Shown here: piece by piece, positions 44,130 to 64,000 of the stretch
Layout of the letters: every line of letters starts with the position of its first letter
How positions within the stretch are numbered: the stretch's first letter is position 1
Source: Lama glama
Lineage: Eukaryota
Assembly: GCA_028534125.1 (NCBI GenBank)
Contig: CM052851.1
Coordinates: 5,518,001-5,582,000, forward strand
Length of the DNA stretch: 64,000 nt
Direction of reading: 5' to 3'
The notes under the pieces: generated by a model
The model's database searches: none
The model's input: the letters and a program-made list of their open reading frames with translations, nothing else
What the model was told of the DNA's origin: nothing
Position numbers and translations under genes: made by a program

Positions 44130-44900
44130 CATTCTGTCAGCAAATATGTACTGTTTACCTAAGATGAGCTAAACGGTCTCCTGGGTGCCAAGGATAGAGC
44201 AGAGGAAAAAAAAATTAAGTTCCTGTTTTCTAGGAACTTATATTCTAATGACAATGAGAGACAAAGAATAATTAAATGCCAGGGAGTGGGAAGTGCCAAT
44301 AAGAAAAATGAAGGGTGAGAGAAAAGCAAGGTGCTATTTTAGACAGGTTGAACAGGGAAGGCTTCTCTGAGGTGACATTTAAGCCAAGACTAGAGTGAGG
44401 GAGAAAGCCACGTGGACAGAAGGGCAGGAGCAGGATGGGCAGGGGGGATGGCTTGTGCAAAGGTCCTGAGGCAGGATGTGCCCGGGGTGTCTGGGGAATG
44501 TAGAGGAGGCCAGTGAGCAAGGTGCAGAGTGAGAGGAGGTAAGATCAGGCTGCTCCAGGGAGGGCGGATCAGGGAGGCCTTATAGGTTATGAGGAGGGCC
44601 TTGGATTATATTCTTAGTGGAATGGGAAGCCATTGGACAGTTTGGATCAGTAATTTAATGTGATCTACTTAACGTTTTAAAAGGCTTTCTCTGGCTATTG
44701 TGTGGAGAATAGATTACAGGAAGATGAGGTGGAGGCTATTATACTATCCAGGTGGGAGGGAACAGCGGCAGTAAGAGTGGTGAAGAGCGGCTGGGTTCTG
44801 GATCTGTCTTGAAGGGAAAGCCTGCCGATGTGCTGGTGGACTGGATGCTGGGTATGAAAGAGGAGTCACGGATAACTGCAACGTTTTGGGTCTCAGCAGC
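44130..44900 (-). mobile_element. LINE-2 fragment
   Basis: cattctgtcagcaaatatgtactg...gggaaggcttctctgaggtgacattt...gtgcaaaggtcctgaggcagg...gggaagccattgga, reverse L2. Confidence 0.6.
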
Positions 44901-46521
44901 CAAAGAACGAGGGAAGAAGTCTGTGCACAGGGAGCATCTGCCCCCCAGGGCTGGATGAGGGGCTGGGGGCGCAGAGGTGGAGCCCCGAGTTCAGTGTTCT
45001 TCCGAGGCAGGGAAGGTAAGGAGGATACGAGGGAGGCCTGGAATGAGCAGCCAGTGAAGCGGAGGAGAGCAGGGTGCTGTCCTCGGGCTGGACCGAGGGG
45101 AGAAGGCCGTGCTAGCAGGGAGTGTGTGCATCAGCTGATCCTGGCCGGTCACACAAGGTCCTCGGTGACGTTGGTAAGGGAACTTCTGATGGGGTTGTGA
45201 GGAAGAAAGCCTGAAGCAGTGGGAGGTGGAGACTGGGAGCGGAACAGCCAGCTCTTTTGAACCATTTCGCTGTAAGGGGAACAGAGACATGGAGACAGGG
45301 AGCTATTAGTGCATTTGCACGTGGATGGGAAAGATCTGGTAGGAAGGGGGGACCTATGATGCGGGAGAGAGTGGGCAACAGCGGGAGTGCATCCTGGAGG
45401 AGGTGGGAGGGACCCTGGGGGTGGGAGCAGGGGCTGCGTTGATGCCATAGGCAGGAGGCTGAGGCTGGGAGTCGACGCTGGTCAGCAGGGAGTTCCTGCG
45501 GACTTACTCTCACCCCGCCACCTGTTCCCCTTCTCGGTTCTGAGCTGGGACCCCAGTCTACTTGTCCCACCCCATCCTGCTAGGGACTCCCACCGGCCCC
45601 CAGCTCCCCTGGCCCATCCAGCCCGAGCTCCGCAGGTGCTGTGTCTCTGGCTCAGGCAGTGTGCACGTCCTCTCCAGTTCACCCCAGACTCCGTCTGCTT
45701 CTTGTGGCATTTCCCTCATCAGCCTGATCGTACACCTTATTCGGTAACTAACATGCAGACGACATTTCTGGGACACCTTCTGATACCTCACTGGATTCTG
45801 CCCCTTGGGAAGCAGCCTGAGTTCCATTTTCCCAGCCCAGAGAGCTTGGGGAACCAGTGACAGGCTGCCCCATTTGGCCATCCACGCCTCTGTGGCCGTG
45901 TCCTGCGGGGTGGGGATGCCAAGCACCCACCCCCACCCCGATGCAAGCCCCACTTCTGGGCACTTATTCACTAGAGGAGGCTTGGCGTGCAGGCCTCTGT
46001 CCTGGGAGCACGTGAAGAGCCAGGCGTCCAGGGAACAGGGCTCTGACTGTTTGCCACCTCCAAGGTGACGGATGGACAGGAAAGCGAACTTGATGATGGA
46101 CCCCAGCTCACCCTCTCCACCTGGGCCCCAGACTTCTTCACCAAATTCCAGAAACTATAGCAGGATGCCAGCCTAGCAGGGGGAGAGAAGCCAAGTTCTA
46201 ATCTTCAGTCAGAGTGGACACCACTGCCACTACCTTGGGAGGTGGGATTCGGGGATGGTGGGGCCCAGAGAAGAGTGGGGTTTCAGAGCGGGAATGGCGT
46301 TACTTCTGTTCCTGACTTCTGCTTGCTGCAAACTGGGCAACGTACCTCAGGCCTTTGTTTGTACAATCAAGAAAATGGGAATTTGCTTCTTTCCAGCCAG
46401 TTCCTAGTTGACTTTGAGTGGAAGTGGCTGCACTGTGTGGTGGGAAGGGAGTGGGACAGAGCCTGCGTCACAGTGAGAGGCACAGAAGCCTGAGGCTTGC
46501 TCGTTGGTAAGAAATCACCAG

Positions 46522-46527
46522 TTTATT
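46522..46527 (-). terminator. Poly(A) signal AATAAA of PACS1
   Basis: tttatt on + about 1.3 kb downstream of the PACS1 stop. Confidence 0.75.
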
Positions 46528-47825
46528 GAATGAAAAATCCAACATCCACTCAGTCCCTCCCATCCCGCCCCTCTCTCCGGCCAGAGAGCAGCACAGCCCA
46601 GGAGACGCTCTGGACTGCAGGGCTGAGCCGGGGGAAGGGCTGGAGGAGTTCGGGGGAGGTATGGAGAATGAGAAAAACACTTTTCAAAATGAAGTTCTGT
46701 GCAAAAACTTCTAGAAGGGCTGAGGGGACAACGGCAAAGCTCTGGAGGTGCTGGCGGGACAGAAGGCTGGCAGGAACTCCACCCTCTGTGCTCAGCGCCT
46801 CCTGAGAAGGTGGATGGTGGGGCTGAGGAGGGGCTCAGACCCCCGAGGCCGCAGAGAGAGGGAGGCCTGGCTGGGAGGACCACAAGTGAGGAGGGCAGAA
46901 CAGACCAGGGAAAGGAGACAGATGGACACGTGGGAAGGGGCTGGGAGACACAGACAGTATGCTGTTGGTAGGGATCTGCTTCCCGAGTCCAGAGTTTCAA
47001 AGGCAGATCTGTGCTGGGGAGGAAAGGGTGGGAGGCTGGGAAGGAGGGTCACCCATAAGGGGGAGCCCCAGGGACGGGACCGCTGCCCAGGTGAGTCACA
47101 CGGAACCACCAAGAGACTGGCTGTGCAGAGAACCAAAGAAATGCTCAGGGACACTCGCAGCATCTACAGGGGACCTGGGGGCGGTGAAAGCCGTGCACAA
47201 GGGAGGCCACGAAGGCCCCTCCATCCCAGAAACACATGCGTTGTCACAGAAACGCTGTCCTTGGTGTAAGAAAGGGGTAGGAGCTGCCCCTGTGGTTGGG
47301 GGCAGGGGTCTGTGCCCCTCTCACCCCACAGCAGTGGAAGTGGCCCCGGGCCCCACTGGACGGGGGGGGGGCAGGCTAAGTAGCGTCTGGCAGGTGAGCT
47401 TTAGAAAACGAGACCCTGGAGGCGGTTGGGGGGGAGGGGGGGCCAGGACTCCAGGTTTCCTATTTCCAGGAGGGGAACCAGTGCCATGTGGGGAGGAAGC
47501 TGGAAGTCAGGTGAAGGAAGGCCCAGAGAACTCGATTCCAGGGACCGGGAATGAGCGCCGAAAGGCAAAATCAACATGCCTTGGGCCTGGAGTGGAGGCA
47601 CAGGACGAAGAGGGGTGGGGAGGGGGCTGCCCAGGGGTGGGACCGAGCAGTGAGCGGGGGAGCAGTGTCCCCAGTGGCAGTGTCCTTCAGGACTGGGCAA
47701 GGGAGAGGCAGGCCCCCAGGCCAGGAAAGGGGACACTGGGCCGGGGCCTGCTGGCCTCCCCCTGCCCGCAGGCGGTGAGGCTGATGGCAGTGCCAGAAGG
47801 GAAAGTGGCCAGAAGACAAGCGCCC

Positions 47826-60234
<12,409 letters not shown>

Positions 60235-61126
60235 CTGCAAAAATTATAATGATTAGTCATCACCAAATAACTACCACTCTAACTTGTTTTCTATGTCCCT
60301 TAGAAGCTTAAAATACTTTCACTTAATCTGAAGACCACATAACATCCTTGGGACTTTCATCTTATAAGCAGTATGTTTTTGTGAAAACTGAGCTTCAGAA
60401 GACTGTTATTTTGCCATCATTAAATCAATAATAACACAGTGAGATGCAGAACCCAGAAATTCTGACTCTCACAAGATGTCCCCAGGGGAGAGCAGCTCAA
60501 AGTTCAGATGGCTTTGCTGTGCGATCCGTCAGTCTCAATCATGGATTCGGGAAACACCTCGCCCAGGAGGGGCATTGGGGACTCTTCTACTGTCAGGGTT
60601 GCTGGGAAGAAGGGGGGATCTCACAGTTCAGGTCTTTGATTTCGAGACTAAAGTCGTCCATAGTAGCCAAATGCTTTTTGCTTGGTAGAAACATCTAGAA
60701 AACCCTCAAACAGAATATACTAAGCCATTTAGGTGTGAGATAATTCTCCCTTTGTCCCCAACTCTTATTAGCATTTCTCATAAATATTAAAATTTCACTT
60801 TGCAAATACAGATACATAACCAGATTTTTCATACTTGCTAGTACGGCTTCTGGCCGTGCAGATACCAGTATCAAAATCTGAAGCACTTGCGGGTTGTAGG
60901 TCTTAGCCGGTGGGAAGGCATGGGCCTCAGTGGGTCTCTCTGGTTCTTGTGGGGAACCAGGGAGTCAGAATAGACCAAGGATATTTTACTTCCTCCCAGT
61001 GACTCAAAGCCCTTTCTCTGAGTAAATGCAGAGCCTGGAGAAACGGCAGGCTAATAAGCTCAAGGGGTCACCCGGCAAATTAACGAACAAGGATCGCAAA
61101 AGTAGGCCTGTGTCATACGCTAAAAC

Positions 61127-61312
61127 CACGGTCTCTCCACCTTGGCACCACTGACACCTGGGGTGGCTCCTTCCTGGCCGTGGGGGCATCCTATGCAGGA
61201 TTTGAGCCGCACCCCCTGCCCCTATCACCCCCGTGGTGAGAACCAAAAATGTCTCCAGTCACTGCCAAACGTTCCCTGTGAGGCAAAACCCCTCCTTGGT
61301 TGAGGACCACTG
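61127..61312 (-). mobile_element. MER20 (hAT-Charlie) DNA transposon fossil
   Basis: ...aaccaaaaatgtctccagtcactgccaaacgttccct...ggttgaggaccactg matches the recalled reverse MER20 consensus. Confidence 0.75.
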
Positions 61313-64000
61313 CTCGGAGCTGATTGCGAGATGAACCCAACACATTTTAACCAGACTCTGTGATCCCAGAGTGTGAGATGGTTCAGCTCAGAGCCACACA
61401 AAACCGGCTGCCTCCAGATTGCACAACCAGTTCATTTACACGTTGTCGATGTGAATAACCGACATTTAACAGTTCAGAATCATTGAGAACTCTCGGTCAG
61501 ACTTAAGATTGAAAATGGTTTCACTCAGTTTTGGATCTTAGTGTGACAAATGAATTAAACGCGTTTTAAAAAGAATGAATTGGTGCAATAACGCCCATCG
61601 GCTGGAAGGTTTTAGGGTGGCCCTGCCATCAAGCCCTCCGACAACCACAGCATCGTTTCATGGTACAGCTGCGGCCTCTGCTAAGGTCTGTAACTTGGAT
61701 CGGGGGTGGTGGGCACCTGCTGGCTGCTGACTTCTCCAGGTCCCAGTCAATCCCACTGGGAGCAAACTCCTGATTCTCCAAGTTCCTATTCCTGCTCCTA
61801 TAAATACTTCAGGCTCTTCTCACCCCAGCAGTGCAGAAGCTGTGTCTGTCTAATTGTGCGGCACCGAGGCAGATGCTGGCAGCCTCACACACTGCGCCCG
61901 GGGGGTGCACACGCTCCTGTGTGCAGGGAGCGGGGGCTATCACTTTTATGAAGCACTGGTCTTCAACACCATTTTTTTGCAGTGCTATGGAAATAGCAAC
62001 TTTAGCAGCAGGCAATCTTGGCTCAAAAGTCCTCATCTGGCCGCCCCAGGTGAAGCGCTGTCAGGAAGAACCAAATTATGTTGCTACTATATGCTCAAGT
62101 CTTGGGAAACTCAACAACTGTAATAATTTGTAACAGCAGAAATTCCTTCTGGTTCTAGTGATGAACTGAATCCTCTGAAATTTGGGGAACAAAAAGGAAG
62201 ATTAAGAAAAATAAATGAGTGACAATGCTAGGAAATCAAGGAAGAGAGGACAAAAGCTGGGCGGCGTGTGCTCGCCTGCCTACGGATGCACCATCTCAGT
62301 ATGTTTTCCGTGTACGTTCAGAAGTTCTCTGTGTAAGAGCACAGCCTCGCTCTGGAGTTCCCGAAGTGTCTTTCATACTAAAGGATTCCAAAGTTCCACA
62401 CCCACATCAAGACATATGGGGCTTTTCAAAATAGAAATATCACAGAGAACCAGCAAAGCCTGAAATCTGGCCAAGGGAACCAGAATTTGAAGGACTCACT
62501 AAAAAGACATCTAGTCTATTAATTTCGGGAGCCCAGAACTGAAACGGCTGTAAGAGATTATAACACAAATAGCAAAGCACCTTAGGTTTACTGCAGGCCC
62601 CCAGCGTGGTAAATCCATCCATCCATCAATCAAGCGCCATGATGGGAGGTTTTACCTGCATTCTCCCACGGGACCTTCACACTGCCTTGTAAGGTATGCC
62701 CTTTTTACATGCAATTTGTAGATGAGGACATGAGGGCTTGGCAACTGCCCAGAATCATGGAGTCAGTGGAGTGATGGAGTCAAGAATCAAACTCAGAAGT
62801 CTGAGTCCAGAGCACATGCTCTCAATCCAGCCCTCCCCTGCCCCAAATAAATGTTTTGCTTAAACAGGGACCCTTAGGCCATCGCATTGTGAAGACTGAT
62901 ACTCAATTGACTTTTGAGCTAACCGGGCTCTTATGCCAGCTCCTTTACCTTTTTACAAATAAGGCACCTGAGGCTCAGAGCATAAAGGTGATTTTTCCTT
63001 CTAAATTTTGTAAGCCATGCAAATTGAGATGAGAAGTAGAACCTGCAGACAAATTCTATCAACCCAGAAACAGCTTCATTAGTATAAAATATTTATCTTA
63101 CTGATTGAATAACAACGATCCCTAACATTTCTCGAGCATTCGCCGTTTGTCAAGCGTGATGCTCAGTGTTTCCAGGGCATTGTCCCAGTTAATAATCAGT
63201 TGCACTGTGTTACAGGAAGGTCCTTGTTCTGCATTCCTAGGACACCGCGAGACAGCGCCCCCCGCCCCCTGGCCAGGCCCCAGGTCTCCCTCTAGAAGAG
63301 TCATCCCTTACATTTATGTTTAATATGGGATCTGGCTCTAGTGGCCAGTGGTCTGTTCACGTGGGCAGTGGTGACTCAGCAGGGCCACTCAGCAGCCCCT
63401 GTGAGAAAGAGCAGCTACAAGCCACATCCTAAACATGACTAGTCAAGTGAGGCTCTTCAGCTCCAGAGCAATGAACCAGGGCTGGGAAGGCTGAGAGTGC
63501 AGGGTCAGCAAGCAGCAGGCCTGCGGTTTCTCTGTGGAGGGATTCTCCTCGTGGGCTGCAGTTTTTCGGCCCACGTTTACTCACTAACGCCACGTGGTGC
63601 CGGCGCATGGTCTAGGGCCAGACCATGCCTGCAGCGCCTTCAGCATGAAGGATAAGGTAGTCGACAGCCCCACCTGGTGGCAGCAGGCAGTAAGGCAGCC
63701 CCTGAGCTGATGGTTCGCAGACAACTGGGGACAGGCGGCAGCCCTTCCACATATCGTGCTTTTCAGGGAACCGAGTGCCTCACATGCTTCATATCATTTC
63801 CTTACAGTTAGTACCTATTTCCAGGGAGAGTTTTGTATTCCCTCTGTTAAAGCAGCAAGAGCAGGGGACTTAAGGGATTCAGTTTCTTTGAGCTACAGAA
63901 AAGACAACAGCTTTCCACAGCAAACCGCACACTGCACTAAAACCATGCATACGCCTTCTTGCCTTTTGTCGTAAATGAGGGGAAGGATAACTTCCCAGGA

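Noticed and set aside
37500-46400. Hidden gene in the KLC2-PACS1 intergenic region
   Set aside because: Mostly L2/MIR/L1 remnants and short ORFs, with no exon chain or recognisable protein. A lncRNA cannot be excluded from sequence alone.

Overview
Mammalian, intron-containing, GC-rich gene-dense block syntenic with human 11q13.2. It contains TMEM151A (-), YIF1A (+), CNIH2 (-), RAB1B (-), KLC2 (-) and the last 14 coding exons of PACS1 (-). I rebuilt exon chains by hand from GT/AG sites. They give full-length, frame-consistent proteins: YIF1A 293 aa, RAB1B 201 aa, KLC2 622 aa, and CNIH2 160 aa if an 81-nt exon 1 lies in an N-run. A tRNA-derived Vic-1-like SINE, with no Alu/B1/Bov/PRE/Can SINE noticed, suggests a camelid (inference). 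Three N-runs (156, 172 and 156 nt) each hide coding sequence. I see no new gene or novel multi-gene system. The most interesting signals are cis-regulatory: a non-canonical spaced REST/RE1 site between the divergent TMEM151A and YIF1A; an overlapping uORF and an in-frame (GCC)8 in the TMEM151A leader; an RFX X-box/CTCF cluster with an in-frame ATG in CNIH2 intron 2; a CNIH2 uORF; a consensus cryptic donor inside a PACS1 exon; three short in-frame stop-free introns; and an apparently non-canonical YIF1A poly(A) signal facing CNIH2. All ortholog comparisons are from memory of the human proteins, not from a database search.
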